Sequence record: MN709127.1
Source of the DNA: Escherichia phage Ec_Makalu_002
Reading direction: 5' to 3' (one strand)
DNA: 64,000 nt
The position numbers and the translations under genes are program-made. Shown one piece after another: positions 43,668 through 54,363 of this stretch (positions are counted from its first letter, which is position 1; each line of letters opens with the position of its first letter). The notes under the pieces were generated by a model. That model had not been told where the DNA came from. It searched no databases and was given only the letters and a program-made list of their open reading frames with translations.

Positions 43668-44615
43668 TTAGAACTCACCAATTTTCTGCAACATTTTAAC
43701 TAACGCATTTGTTACAAAATAGTTATAAATTTTACCGCGTGGTGCTGGTTTAGATTTCTCCCATGCTAACAAAATTTCATATTCGATGTTATCAGGAATA
43801 AATTCAAAATCAATAAGTTCGCGGTTTTCGTCAAAGCGTCGTGCTTCTTCCTCTGTCATCAAAGACTTTGGATCTTCGGCATCGAAAATTTGCTCTAACC
43901 ATTTGGTTGCAATTGGTTTAGCTCGTTCCCCTTCCAGTCGTGAGATAATGAAATCACTACGGCACTTGATAGAAGCTACACCGTCTTTTGCGTCACCCTT
44001 AACACATTTTACCATAAGGTCTTTGTAAGGACTACCATATTTGCATTTCTTCCATGCTTTCTGTACTGGTGCCCACTGTTTCACATTTTTGTATTTGTGC
44101 AACTGTGTGTAGTCACCATCGCCGGAGTTGATTAGCACTTGGCGACCTTCTACAGAAAACTTTTTAGTTAACACAGCGATTATATCATCCGCTTCAACTT
44201 TGTCAACCTTAATAACGTGATAAGGCATGTTCTCTTTAAACTCTTCGGTGATCTTATTGATCGCAGCAAAGATCATATCCCAATCACGCGGATCTGCGTC
44301 TCGTTTTTCCTTACGGTTGCGTTTATAGTAAGGTGCGATATCACGTCGCCAGTAACCTTTGCTTGAATCAAAGGCAAGTACCGTAATTGGGTATTGCTCT
44401 TTGAATTTTGTCATATTATAACGCATGGTGTCAAGAATAAGATGACGGATCATACCTTCACTAATAGGATCTTCCGGTTTAAAGGTATGCGAGATAGTAG
44501 CAATCATAAGCTGCGACATATCAATCAAATGCACACCTTCCGGTAGTTTATCTTCTGGATCATCGAAGAAATCATTAAGTGTAGCGGTCGTTTTTGTAAA
44601 CGGGTTATACGTCAT
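43668..44615 (-). CDS. rnh: RNase H / flap endonuclease
   Basis: Aligns with remembered T4 RNase H (SGYWRRD, INSGDGDYTQLHKYKNVKQW). Confidence 0.9.
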   Translation of the reverse strand: MTYNPFTKTTATLNDFFDDPEDKLPEGVHLIDMSQLMIATISHTFKPEDPISEGMIRHLILDTMRYNMTKFKEQYPITVLAFDSSKGYWRRDIAPYYKRNRKEKRDADPRDWDMIFAAINKITEEFKENMPYHVIKVDKVEADDIIAVLTKKFSVEGRQVLINSGDGDYTQLHKYKNVKQWAPVQKAWKKCKYGSPYKDLMVKCVKGDAKDGVASIKCRSDFIISRLEGERAKPIATKWLEQIFDAEDPKSLMTEEEARRFDENRELIDFEFIPDNIEYEILLAWEKSKPAPRGKIYNYFVTNALVKMLQKIGEF

Positions 44616-44617
44616 AA

Positions 44618-44803
44618 TTAAGTTCTCTCCACTCTCACAACAACAGACTCATCAAACGAGTTAGATACTTCACGGTCATACCCGTATTTCTCCATAACTC
44701 GCAGAATTGCATTGTTTAATTCGGCACGGAAATAATTATAATCCTTATCAGGGATTCTGTCAACTACCCATTTTGCACCTTCTGACAAATCAACTTTAAC
44801 CAT
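44618..44803 (-). CDS. hypothetical small protein (61 aa)
   Basis: ORF track; ATGA-coupled upstream of rnh. Confidence 0.4.
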   Translation of the reverse strand: MVKVDLSEGAKWVVDRIPDKDYNYFRAELNNAILRVMEKYGYDREVSNSFDESVVVRVERT

Positions 44804-44841
44804 AATATATCATCCTCTTTTGTTTCTATCAAGCCTCATTT

Positions 44842-44849
44842 TATAAATA
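44842..44849 (+). promoter_or_regulatory. late promoter box TATAAATA upstream of gene 34
   Basis: Exact TATAAATA about 29 nt upstream of ATG 44878. Confidence 0.65.
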
Positions 44850-44877
44850 TGAACATACTATAAAAGGAGACCCAATA

Positions 44878-47800
44878 ATGGCAGATTTTTCTCAACATTT
44901 CAAGGCCACATTTGGCTTTGACGCTGGTAATGAAAAGGTCGTCAATGTAGCATTGGCTGATAAAAACACATCAACGGATGCGGTCAACGTTGAGTTTTTC
45001 AATTACCATAATGGTATTACTCAGTATGACACAACTCGCGGTTATGATCAATACGGAACTACAATCTATCAAAACCGTCCGTATTATGCAAAAGAAGATA
45101 TCACAAAGCCAGCAGGTGATTTTGACCCGACTAAATGGCAAGCACTGCGCACGGACCCACGTTGGGATTATATTGCAGCAACTTCCGGTGATACTCCTTT
45201 AAAGTCTGGTGATTATATCGCAGCAGATGGTCAATTTGCAAACTTGACTTTCTCTATGCCAACTAAACCAGCAGAGGGAGACACTATAACAGTAAAAGAT
45301 ATCGGTGGCAAGTGTGGTGTTAACGAATTATCGTTCTTGAGTTCAGGACATGAGTTTTACCATAACGGTAATGTGTATAACCGAAAATGGTATTGCACTA
45401 CCCCGTATGCAATGAACTATTTCATCTTTGTTCGTAATCGTTGGCATGTTTATCAGACAGGAACAGAGCCACGCGGTGTGTACGCACAGCCAGCGATTGA
45501 TGCTATTCAAATGCAGAATGGTGATCAGGTATTTCGTCGTAGTTCTTTGGGTAATATTACCTTAGTGCTTCCTAAGTTTGCCAACAATGGCGACATGATC
45601 CAGACTACAGACCTTGACGGATTAACCGTAACCAACCACGTTACGGTTAAAGTTCATGAGCACGCAGAAGAACAATCAATTGGCACGTCCGGTCTAAAAG
45701 AGATTATCGGTAAGCGTAGCGGTCATGGTGTATTCATCTTTGACAAGACGGAAAACTTATGGCGTTTGTGGGATGGTGATCAGTCTGTTCGTCTTAAACC
45801 GATCATCGATGACACTCGCTTGCAACCTAATAGCTATGTTGCCGTATTTGGTGATCGTGATGTTACTCTGACGCTGCCGACCAATGTCGAGCCGGGTGAT
45901 CGTATTCAAGTTTCTATGCAGTATATGCACGGAAACCAGAATTGCCGTATTATCACCGCCACAGAGGATACAAAAATCCTCATGTCGAAAAACATGGTTC
46001 AGTTTCCGAAGCGTAGCGAGTACCCATTCAACGGGACCGACACATGGAAGGAAGTGTCTGAATTGTCGTTCAATGCGGCTAGTGATTATGTACCTTATCT
46101 GGAGTTCTCTTATTCAGAAGGTGATGATGGTAAGAAACATTGGCTGGTAGCACACTCTCATCCGATCGTCGAACGAGTAGACCCTACTCGTAAAGATCGT
46201 GTTGGTGTCATTGCACTGGCTACCCAGACTGAAACGAATAAAAACCATGAAGAGAATCCTAGCGACGAAGTTGCCGTAACACCAAAAATGCTGGCTAATA
46301 AAACAGCCAACGAAACTCGACGCGGTATTGCTCGTATTGCTACTCAGGCGGAAACGCATCAAGATACTGGTTCCAGCTTCCTGGATGATGTTATCGTTAC
46401 ACCTAAAAAGTTAAATGACTGTGTTGCTACCGAAGCCCGTCGTGGTGTGATGGAAATTGCAACCCAGCACGAAACCAATGAAGGTTTAGACGATACACGC
46501 GCTATTACTCCTAAGAAATTAGAAGAACGTCGCGCTTCCGAAGACCTCGCTGGTATTGCTGAAATTGTTCAGGTAGGCGGTCGTGCTGCCGCTCGACGTG
46601 GTGAAGCTGGTACAGGGATCTATAACATCAATGACCATGCTAAAATTGTTACACCACAAAACATCAACGAGGTCAAGGCGACCGAAACTTCCCGTGGTGT
46701 TGGCTATCTGGCAACTGACGCGGAAGTGCAAGGGGCTACAGAATCAACACCGCAAGATGCTTTACTAATCACGACTCGCACGCTAACGAAACGTACTGCT
46801 ACCGAATCGCGCACTGGTATCGCTGAAATTGCAACTCAGGAAGAAACAAACTTAGGTCAAAGTGATAACCATATCATCACGCCTAAAAAGCTGCATACTC
46901 GCCGTGCGACGGAAACTCTACACGGTTTAGCAGAAATTGCAACTCAGCCGGAATTTGACGCAGGTCTTGACGATGCTCGCATTTCTACCCCATTGAAGAT
47001 TAAAACCTTCTTTGAGAATGCACAGCGTTTGAAAGTAGATCCGACTCAGGGGCTTAACCTTACTGGTGATTTGTGGCAAGGTATCATGATCAGCGGTCTG
47101 GACGCAACCGAAGACACAAAAGGTGTCGCTAAAGTTGCTACTACTCAGCTTACTGACGCTGGTCAAGATGATACTACAATCATCACGCCTAAAAAGCTGC
47201 AAGGCAAAAAGGCCACCGAAGGTAAAGAAGGTATTATCCGAGTTGGTACTCAAGCCGAAACCGTGGCTGGTACACTGGCTAATGTAGCAATTTCTCCGAA
47301 GAACTTCAAATATGTTGTTCAGACAGAGGATACATGGAAAGCAACCGAAGCTCGTCGTGGTTTCTTGAAAGTTGCTACTCAGGAAAACTGTTTTGTTGGT
47401 GACAATCTGCAAGGTTCTACTCAAGAACTAGGAAACTACCAGCATGACGGAATTGCTGTTACTCCGAAAGGATTAAACTACGCACTTGCTAATTTCTTGC
47501 CTAAGATGGCAACCGCTCAGAATAGTTTGAAATTGGGTAACGTAGAGGCCGCTAAATGGGCGCGTAGAGACATTGACCAGACCATAGAGAGCAATTACAC
47601 GTTTAATAAAAACGTTAACGTGAAGGGCGATTTAGAGTGCTTAAAATCAGGTTCCTTTGAAACTCTGTATGTGACTAAGAACTCTACTGATGATCCGAGT
47701 AATGGTCATCTGGTGTTGGGTGAGCGTGGAGTTGACGGTCACACCGGAATTACTCTGCATGGCACAACCGCATCGGAAGGCATGAAAAACTCCTGGTCTA

Positions 47801-48618
47801 TTATCGTTGGTGGTACTGGAACGGCGCAAGCAGTTAATAGTGGCGCTATCGCTTTCGGTCAAATCAATGATGGTGGAGTCGTCGAGCATTACGCCTTTGC
47901 TATGGAACACAATGGCGACGCGACAGCATATAGAGACTTTATTGCAGGTCGTAACCTGTATGCGAAACAAGGCGGTTTATACATTGTTGACCAGTCTAAT
48001 CCGGCAATGACTCGTTCCCCAGATGGTATGCTGAATATCGGTCACGGTGGAAGTGTTAACATCAAGGCAGGTTCTCAAACGTTAACTACAGAGATCGCCG
48101 GACAGAAATATCAGATCGTACACGCAGGAAACGCCGACGAAGTTCTTAACCGTCGGTTTGTTAAGAATGCTGGCGATACAATGGTCGGTAAGCTGACTAT
48201 GGATAATGCGCCTATTGTTTCTGTTAAACATGAAGCTAGCGCGGCAACCGCTCCGGCAATTGGTAACATCGGTTTCTGGAATATGCGAGTTACTACCCAG
48301 AACATCAAAGAAACTTATCCAGAGAAGAAAAACGGTACTCTGATGCAATGGGGTACTGACGCGGACGGGCTTACCCAGCTTTGGTCCCCTGATGGTACTC
48401 ATAAACATTATATCCGTTCCGGTACTGGTGGTCAATGGACCGCATGGGGTGAAATTTACACCAAACAGAATAAGCCTACCGCTCAGGAAATCGGGGCGGT
48501 AGTTGCAGAAGGTGGTTTAATGAACTCTATGACGGTTCGTGATTGGATTAAAGTTGGTAATGTTAAAATCATCGCCAATAATCTGACTCGTACCGTAGAC
48601 TTTATCTGGGAAGACTAA
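44878..48618 (+). CDS. 34: long tail fibre proximal subunit gp34
   Basis: 1246 aa; repetitive ITPKKL segments; synteny rnh-34-35-36-37. Confidence 0.9.
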   Translation: MADFSQHFKATFGFDAGNEKVVNVALADKNTSTDAVNVEFFNYHNGITQYDTTRGYDQYGTTIYQNRPYYAKEDITKPAGDFDPTKWQALRTDPRWDYIAATSGDTPLKSGDYIAADGQFANLTFSMPTKPAEGDTITVKDIGGKCGVNELSFLSSGHEFYHNGNVYNRKWYCTTPYAMNYFIFVRNRWHVYQTGTEPRGVYAQPAIDAIQMQNGDQVFRRSSLGNITLVLPKFANNGDMIQTTDLDGLTVTNHVTVKVHEHAEEQSIGTSGLKEIIGKRSGHGVFIFDKTENLWRLWDGDQSVRLKPIIDDTRLQPNSYVAVFGDRDVTLTLPTNVEPGDRIQVSMQYMHGNQNCRIITATEDTKILMSKNMVQFPKRSEYPFNGTDTWKEVSELSFNAASDYVPYLEFSYSEGDDGKKHWLVAHSHPIVERVDPTRKDRVGVIALATQTETNKNHEENPSDEVAVTPKMLANKTANETRRGIARIATQAETHQDTGSSFLDDVIVTPKKLNDCVATEARRGVMEIATQHETNEGLDDTRAITPKKLEERRASEDLAGIAEIVQVGGRAAARRGEAGTGIYNINDHAKIVTPQNINEVKATETSRGVGYLATDAEVQGATESTPQDALLITTRTLTKRTATESRTGIAEIATQEETNLGQSDNHIITPKKLHTRRATETLHGLAEIATQPEFDAGLDDARISTPLKIKTFFENAQRLKVDPTQGLNLTGDLWQGIMISGLDATEDTKGVAKVATTQLTDAGQDDTTIITPKKLQGKKATEGKEGIIRVGTQAETVAGTLANVAISPKNFKYVVQTEDTWKATEARRGFLKVATQENCFVGDNLQGSTQELGNYQHDGIAVTPKGLNYALANFLPKMATAQNSLKLGNVEAAKWARRDIDQTIESNYTFNKNVNVKGDLECLKSGSFETLYVTKNSTDDPSNGHLVLGERGVDGHTGITLHGTTASEGMKNSWSIIVGGTGTAQAVNSGAIAFGQINDGGVVEHYAFAMEHNGDATAYRDFIAGRNLYAKQGGLYIVDQSNPAMTRSPDGMLNIGHGGSVNIKAGSQTLTTEIAGQKYQIVHAGNADEVLNRRFVKNAGDTMVGKLTMDNAPIVSVKHEASAATAPAIGNIGFWNMRVTTQNIKETYPEKKNGTLMQWGTDADGLTQLWSPDGTHKHYIRSGTGGQWTAWGEIYTKQNKPTAQEIGAVVAEGGLMNSMTVRDWIKVGNVKIIANNLTRTVDFIWED

Positions 48619-48623
48619 TTAAA

Positions 48624-48639
48624 GGGGGCGAAAGCCCCC
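48624..48639 (+). other. intergenic GC hairpin between genes 34 and 35
   Basis: GGGGGCGAAAGCCCCC, no clear U-tract. Confidence 0.3.
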
Positions 48640-48651
48640 TATGGGGTTATT

Positions 48652-49791
48652 ATGACACAAGATATAGAATTACGCAACACTGGAATTAGGTTTGCGCATT
48701 TCGATGAGGACTCCGCGACATTTACCAGCATTTCAGAAAACAACTCTGTGATGTATAAGCTGGAAGTGCGCGGATCTAATGCGGATTCTACCAAACCAGC
48801 AAGGATTAGATTTAATGGAGTGGAGATCGTTGGCACTGGCTATGAAAATGGCCTAAATTTTAAAGTTCTTACTCCAACTGGACAACTACACGAAGAAAAG
48901 GTATTCTATGGTCGCGGTGCTGTTTTGGCAATGCGTGATTATCTTTCTTTGCTGAAAGGCGACTATATCATTGCGATGGCAACGCATGGAGAATTGTTCG
49001 CAGATCCGATAAGTGATGTTGTATTTTCTAAGATGGGATCTGTATCATTCCCGAATCACATTTTGTTACAGCAAATGCCTCGTGTATCATATGCAGCAAT
49101 TTATTCTACTAAAATGGGTAAAATTGTTTGTGAGGGTATGCAAGCGACCCACGGGGAAGGACAAGATTCGTCTATACAAATTGAGAAGGTTTATGATACT
49201 ATAGATGATCTTGCGATCACAGGAACACCGCAGAGATTTTTAGATTATCCGGTTGAGTATGTTAGCGAAGATGCCGAACATTTCGAGCTAATACAATGGC
49301 CTCACGATGAGATCAGCGCCCCACTTGAGGATTTTAACATAAAGGCAGGTGACAAACTATCAATATCCTTTGAATTGTTCCGTGATAGTGCCGCAGCCGC
49401 AGCCAACGTAACAGCGCGTTTCTATCACAACTACTTCACCGATGGACAATATAAAACTGGTGTTCGATACAATGCCAGCAAAAAAGATCAATGGGAAAAG
49501 TTTGAAGCCGTCTATACCGTACCGGAAGGAGTTGATAGTGTAGTAACTGGTTGTATCAGATATCCAACCAACTCAAATGAAGGTATTGTTAAAATTAGAA
49601 ACATACTAATAACGCCGATCAGTGGAGTCGTCAAAACTACTGGTCCTACTTCATTTGGTGTTAATGGTGTTAGAACAACTCATATTCAGGATAACGGTGA
49701 TTTTACTAACCCTGTAATGAGTCTTCTTAAGCTGCCTAGAGACAATAAACATATCACATCCAACAACTTTAAAGAGTTCGATGTTGATTAA
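48652..49791 (+). CDS. 35: long tail fibre hinge protein gp35
   Basis: 379 aa; synteny and size. Confidence 0.8.
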   Translation: MTQDIELRNTGIRFAHFDEDSATFTSISENNSVMYKLEVRGSNADSTKPARIRFNGVEIVGTGYENGLNFKVLTPTGQLHEEKVFYGRGAVLAMRDYLSLLKGDYIIAMATHGELFADPISDVVFSKMGSVSFPNHILLQQMPRVSYAAIYSTKMGKIVCEGMQATHGEGQDSSIQIEKVYDTIDDLAITGTPQRFLDYPVEYVSEDAEHFELIQWPHDEISAPLEDFNIKAGDKLSISFELFRDSAAAAANVTARFYHNYFTDGQYKTGVRYNASKKDQWEKFEAVYTVPEGVDSVVTGCIRYPTNSNEGIVKIRNILITPISGVVKTTGPTSFGVNGVRTTHIQDNGDFTNPVMSLLKLPRDNKHITSNNFKEFDVD

Positions 49792-49812
49792 CATTTTTTA
49801 CAAGCCGATCCA

Positions 49813-49842
49813 TGTGGTCGGCTTTATTTTTATACAGTTGGT
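49813..49842 (+). terminator. rho-independent terminator after gene 35
   Basis: AGCCGATCCATGTGGTCGGCT followed by TTTATTTTTAT. Confidence 0.6.
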
Positions 49843-49952
49843 TAAAATGTAACCAAAACGAAGAAAGATCTTTAGAATAATAGAAAATTTGTTTCGGTTA
49901 AAAATTAGTCAGTGCCTACGGCACGTCGCGAAGCGATATTTTGTTAACATTC

Positions 49953-49960
49953 TATAAATA
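49953..49960 (+). promoter_or_regulatory. late promoter box TATAAATA upstream of gene 36
   Basis: Exact TATAAATA about 34 nt upstream of ATG 49994. Confidence 0.65.
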
Positions 49961-49993
49961 CTCGGAACTATAACTAATTTTTGAGGTTACTTT

Positions 49994-51484
49994 ATGGCAG
50001 ATTTGAAATATGGATCTACTGTAGGTGGATCTCCCATTTGGACGCAAGGAAACTTGACGATCCAGCCAGCGGGGGACCAGCTTTTCTACAAAGGTCATAA
50101 AATATATACCGCTTTTGATAGACCTTCGGCTACCGATTTTGATGCTGTTAGTGCATCCGAAGGTGGCACATTTCAAAAGCAAGTTCATTTCGAGGAAGGT
50201 TTAAGCGTAGGTAGCGCATCGGCTGGAGAAACCAAAAAGAATGGTATCTTTAAAGGTCAGAGTGACGCTGCTAATTTTGACGGTGTAAGCTGGGGTTTTC
50301 ATTCATGGAAGTCAATCGGCTTTGTTAATGCCCGTGATGGCGTTATCATGGCTTATATTGACACCACAACGGGCGAATTTAAGTCTAAAGGGACTATCGA
50401 AGGGACAACCATTAAAGACACAGGTCAACGCGTCTATAGCCCTGTTAATAAACCAACGAATAATGATTTAGATTTGGTGTCTCGTCGCGGTGATACCCTC
50501 ACAGGAACATATAATTTAAACACTGTCACTGTTAAACTATCGGTTGATTCGAAATTAATTGCAAGGGAACGTGATTTAATTAATTTTGATGCGACTAAGA
50601 TCTATTATGGTAACGTTCTTGATACGTTGGTATTCCGAAGTAAAGATGAGCCTACCATTTTTGTTAATGGCAAAGAAGGTCGTTTTTATCACACCAACAA
50701 TAAACCAACTAAAGCCGATGTGGGACTAGGCAATGTCACCAATGATGCACAGGTTAAACGTGCTGGTGATATTATGGAAGGTAACTTGCAAGCGCCTAGA
50801 ATGTTGGCGACAAACGATCCTGGTGGTCCGAATGAATTGGTTCGTTTGAGCTACTTTGAGAGAAAATCAATGGTAGCAAATCCAACCATCATAGGAAACG
50901 TTGATTGGAACACTCTTATTAATCGCGGTATCTATCGTGTGGAAAATGCGGGATCAGGTACTAATAAACCGTCTGATAGCTATTATAACGGCGTTTTGAT
51001 GGTATACCGCCCAGAAGATGCGGTCGGTACTCGTCGAATTGTTCAGGTGTATTATCCTGAATCTATTGACCATCCGATGTGCTGGCGTTCTTGTTCTAAT
51101 GAATCATGGACTGCATGGAACTATGTAGATCACCGTAAATTAGCCGATATTCGCTATGTTAACGTAACTGGCGATACCATGACAGGACCGTTAACTGTTC
51201 CGGCTGCAAACGGTGTTAGAACGGCTAGAGGTGCATATAATGGTGATAACTATTATGCCGGGTTAAATAGTGCTGATGGTACTGCTATGATTCACCGCAT
51301 TAGTGATATTAAAGGGACCGAAAAGCTGGGGATCACCCACGACTCAAAGGTCGTGTTTTTCCGTTCTAGAAACAATACTCAAACCGTGGATCGCTATCAG
51401 CTTTATCATGAAGGTAATAAACCTACTCCGGCTGATGTTGGTGCGGTTCCACTTAATGCGGTGATTGATTTTGGTACTTTCTAA
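49994..51484 (+). CDS. 36: long tail fibre distal connector gp36 (expanded, 496 aa)
   Basis: N-terminus MADLKYGSTVGGSPIWTQGN matches T4 gp36; about twice the T4 length. Confidence 0.8.
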   Translation: MADLKYGSTVGGSPIWTQGNLTIQPAGDQLFYKGHKIYTAFDRPSATDFDAVSASEGGTFQKQVHFEEGLSVGSASAGETKKNGIFKGQSDAANFDGVSWGFHSWKSIGFVNARDGVIMAYIDTTTGEFKSKGTIEGTTIKDTGQRVYSPVNKPTNNDLDLVSRRGDTLTGTYNLNTVTVKLSVDSKLIARERDLINFDATKIYYGNVLDTLVFRSKDEPTIFVNGKEGRFYHTNNKPTKADVGLGNVTNDAQVKRAGDIMEGNLQAPRMLATNDPGGPNELVRLSYFERKSMVANPTIIGNVDWNTLINRGIYRVENAGSGTNKPSDSYYNGVLMVYRPEDAVGTRRIVQVYYPESIDHPMCWRSCSNESWTAWNYVDHRKLADIRYVNVTGDTMTGPLTVPAANGVRTARGAYNGDNYYAGLNSADGTAMIHRISDIKGTEKLGITHDSKVVFFRSRNNTQTVDRYQLYHEGNKPTPADVGAVPLNAVIDFGTF

Positions 51485-51488
51485 TTTT

Positions 51489-51513
51489 AGCGGGGATTAT
51501 CTCCCCGCTTTTC
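51489..51513 (+). terminator. terminator hairpin after gene 36
   Basis: AGCGGGGATTATCTCCCCGCT followed by TTTTCT. Confidence 0.5.
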
Positions 51514-51554
51514 TAAATAATGTTATTCTAATAACCGTTTAAGGATTTTATAAA

Positions 51555-54323
51555 ATGGCAGATTTAAGCAGAATCCAATTTAAACGTACTAGCACTAAAG
51601 GCCGTCGACCTGATGCTGGTACGATGAATCCGGGGGAATTGGCAATCAACCTTGCGGATCAATATCTTCTTACTAAAAATGATTCCGGCGCTATTATCAA
51701 TTTAAGTTGTCCTCCGGTTTATGACCGTGATGTTACAATGGCGGGTAAGGTTAAAGGAAATAATTATATTTTAAGTAAAACCGCCAATTATCTGGAAGAC
51801 CAGACAGCGAGAGATCTTAACTACTTTGGTGCTTTCCGTACCAATAGTCTAGATGGACTCATGGATCTAACCCTTAACGTTCCTCACTCTTCCGGTAAAG
51901 CGCATGGTCGAGGATTTACTTTCCGTTATGGGACTGGCGGATCTCGTGTTGAAACCTATGGTTTTGATGTTCAGGGACAAAAAGCATTTAGTTATAAAAT
52001 GTATCATGAAGGGGATAAACCGACTCCCTCAGAATTGAACGTTTATAGCAAACAAGAAGTTGACCGTATGTTTGTTAAAACCGTTAAACTTGCTACAGTT
52101 CCTGTTGATATCGTTGACGGTTATTTTAAATTAGCAACTGCATTGATTCCGCAAAACGGTCGTAGTGTATTTTTCCGTATTCATGGTGGTAACGGATATA
52201 ACGTTACTGCATACGATCAAGTTGATATTGTAGAAATTGTTATTCGCAGTGGAAATAATCGTCCTAAAGGTGTTAACGTTATTGCATACCGCCGAAATAC
52301 AAACAAAGCATTTGATGTTTTGGCTGTTAATACTTCTGGTGATAACTATGATATCTACGTGAAATATCAGCGTTACACTGATAACGTTATTGTTGAATTT
52401 GGTAAAAGTGTTGATGTTGATCTGGTAGTCCATGACGTTCCAGACTTTGTTGTTGATCGTCCTGTTGGCGATAATGTTATTGGCGGTCGCGCGGTAACTC
52501 TTTTTAACACCGAAAACAAACGAGGTGTGTTGAGTTTTGACGATAACACACAAAATAGTTATGATATTGTTCACTTGAGTAATGATAAAGGTACTGGACG
52601 GAAATATATTCGTAAATTCCGTAGTAACTATAATGAAATGATCTGGCATGAGACTGTTCAAGGTTCTACTTATCGACTCGCCACGGGTAGTACAGATGCT
52701 CAGGAAATTATAACTATTGAATCTAGTAGCTCAATTGCTGGAACTCATAAAGGTAATATTATTTCTGGTCGTATGCTGTTAAATGGCGGATCTAATGCCA
52801 TTACACTACGCCGACCTGCTGGTCAATCTAATCATATTGCGTTTCAAGATAATCGTACTGGAGATATTACCCGTCAAGGTTGGCTGGGCTACGCAAACGC
52901 CGATACTGACGTTTTTGAATGGTATAGTGATGTAGGTGGCAGTTCTATTCGTCAACATATCGACGGACAGATCGAATTTCAGACAGGTAACATGAAGCGA
53001 GTCTATACCAACGGTCAATTCATTTCTTTATATGCTGATGGCTTCCGTACTGTATATGGTAACTATGGTTCATGGTGGCGAAATGACGGCAGCAACGTTT
53101 ATCTGATGAGCACAAAATCAGGCGACACTATGGGTCCGTGGAATACCTTTAGGCCGTTCATCTATAGCCTAGCCAATGGAAACGTTACACTAGGTGGTAG
53201 CGACGCTGGCAACCATTTAATGCGTCTCAACAATGAAAATCGTCAAGTAGAAATAAATGCAACAACACATTTAGGGTCTCGATTATATTGGGAAGGTAGC
53301 GAAGGTTCTGCATCTAGATTTTTTATTAAGAATTGGGGTGATGGAACTTCTCGCGCTCAGGTGTGGGAACTTGCAGACGAAACAAGCTATCATCTATATT
53401 CTCAGCGTGATTCTAACGGTTCGATTCAATTCCGAGTTGCTGGTAGTTTAGAAACGGGTGGTCGTGCTCAGATAAATGGTGATTTGGTGGTTACTAATGT
53501 TTTGCGTACCAATAACCAAATTCAGATTTATCGCGATAACAACAAAGAAATCTGGTTTAAGGATGCTGATGGTACTAACCGTGGTGTTATCTGGGGTGGC
53601 GCTGACGGTAAAATGAGACTGCGCAATTATTCTAGCGGAGAGTATGACCATGTGTTTGAAGCTGGTATGATTCGCCTTGAGCGTGGTTATGCTAATGGAC
53701 AAGGTGCTGGCTTGATTCGTGGTGAGGTTCAAGGTGGAGCGTGGTCCGACTGGAGAACTCGTGCTGCTGGTTTATTAGTTGACTGCCCTAATGCTCAAAC
53801 TTCCGCATATAACGTATGGAAAGCGACCAAATGGGGATTAGACCACATCGCGGCAATGGGCGTTCATATTCCTAGCGGTGTTGTTGGTAACTCTATTGCG
53901 CGTTTGCATGTTGGTGGCACTAACTTTGATTTTAGCGCTACTGGTGACTTTACCGCAGGTCGTAACGGTTCGTTTAACGATGTGTACATTCGTTCTGATG
54001 CTCGCCTGAAAATCAATAAGGAAGAGTATAAAGAGAATGCCACCGATAAAGTTAATCGCTTGACTGTGTACACCTACGATAAGGTTAAGTCTTTGACGGA
54101 CCGCACTGTTATCGCTCATGAAGTTGGTATTATTGCTCAGGATCTTGAGAAAGAATTGCCGGAAGCAGTAACAACTTCTAAGGTCGGCGATCCTGATAAG
54201 CCAGAAGAGATCTTAACAATTTCTAACTCTGCTGTCAACGCTCTTTTAATTAAGGCGTTTCAGGAAATGAGCGAAGAATTGAAAGCCGTTAAAGCTGAAC
54301 TAGCGGAACTTAAAAAGAATTAA
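51555..54323 (+). CDS. 37: long tail fibre distal subunit gp37 with C-terminal intramolecular chaperone-like domain
   Basis: N-terminus matches T4 gp37; C-terminus SDARLKINKEE...IIAQDLEKELPEAV...coiled coil resembles S74-type auto-cleaving chaperone. Confidence 0.85.
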   Translation: MADLSRIQFKRTSTKGRRPDAGTMNPGELAINLADQYLLTKNDSGAIINLSCPPVYDRDVTMAGKVKGNNYILSKTANYLEDQTARDLNYFGAFRTNSLDGLMDLTLNVPHSSGKAHGRGFTFRYGTGGSRVETYGFDVQGQKAFSYKMYHEGDKPTPSELNVYSKQEVDRMFVKTVKLATVPVDIVDGYFKLATALIPQNGRSVFFRIHGGNGYNVTAYDQVDIVEIVIRSGNNRPKGVNVIAYRRNTNKAFDVLAVNTSGDNYDIYVKYQRYTDNVIVEFGKSVDVDLVVHDVPDFVVDRPVGDNVIGGRAVTLFNTENKRGVLSFDDNTQNSYDIVHLSNDKGTGRKYIRKFRSNYNEMIWHETVQGSTYRLATGSTDAQEIITIESSSSIAGTHKGNIISGRMLLNGGSNAITLRRPAGQSNHIAFQDNRTGDITRQGWLGYANADTDVFEWYSDVGGSSIRQHIDGQIEFQTGNMKRVYTNGQFISLYADGFRTVYGNYGSWWRNDGSNVYLMSTKSGDTMGPWNTFRPFIYSLANGNVTLGGSDAGNHLMRLNNENRQVEINATTHLGSRLYWEGSEGSASRFFIKNWGDGTSRAQVWELADETSYHLYSQRDSNGSIQFRVAGSLETGGRAQINGDLVVTNVLRTNNQIQIYRDNNKEIWFKDADGTNRGVIWGGADGKMRLRNYSSGEYDHVFEAGMIRLERGYANGQGAGLIRGEVQGGAWSDWRTRAAGLLVDCPNAQTSAYNVWKATKWGLDHIAAMGVHIPSGVVGNSIARLHVGGTNFDFSATGDFTAGRNGSFNDVYIRSDARLKINKEEYKENATDKVNRLTVYTYDKVKSLTDRTVIAHEVGIIAQDLEKELPEAVTTSKVGDPDKPEEILTISNSAVNALLIKAFQEMSEELKAVKAELAELKKN

Positions 54324-54363
54324 GGAAACTCCCAGGGAAGGGAACTACTAAGGAGAAACGGCT

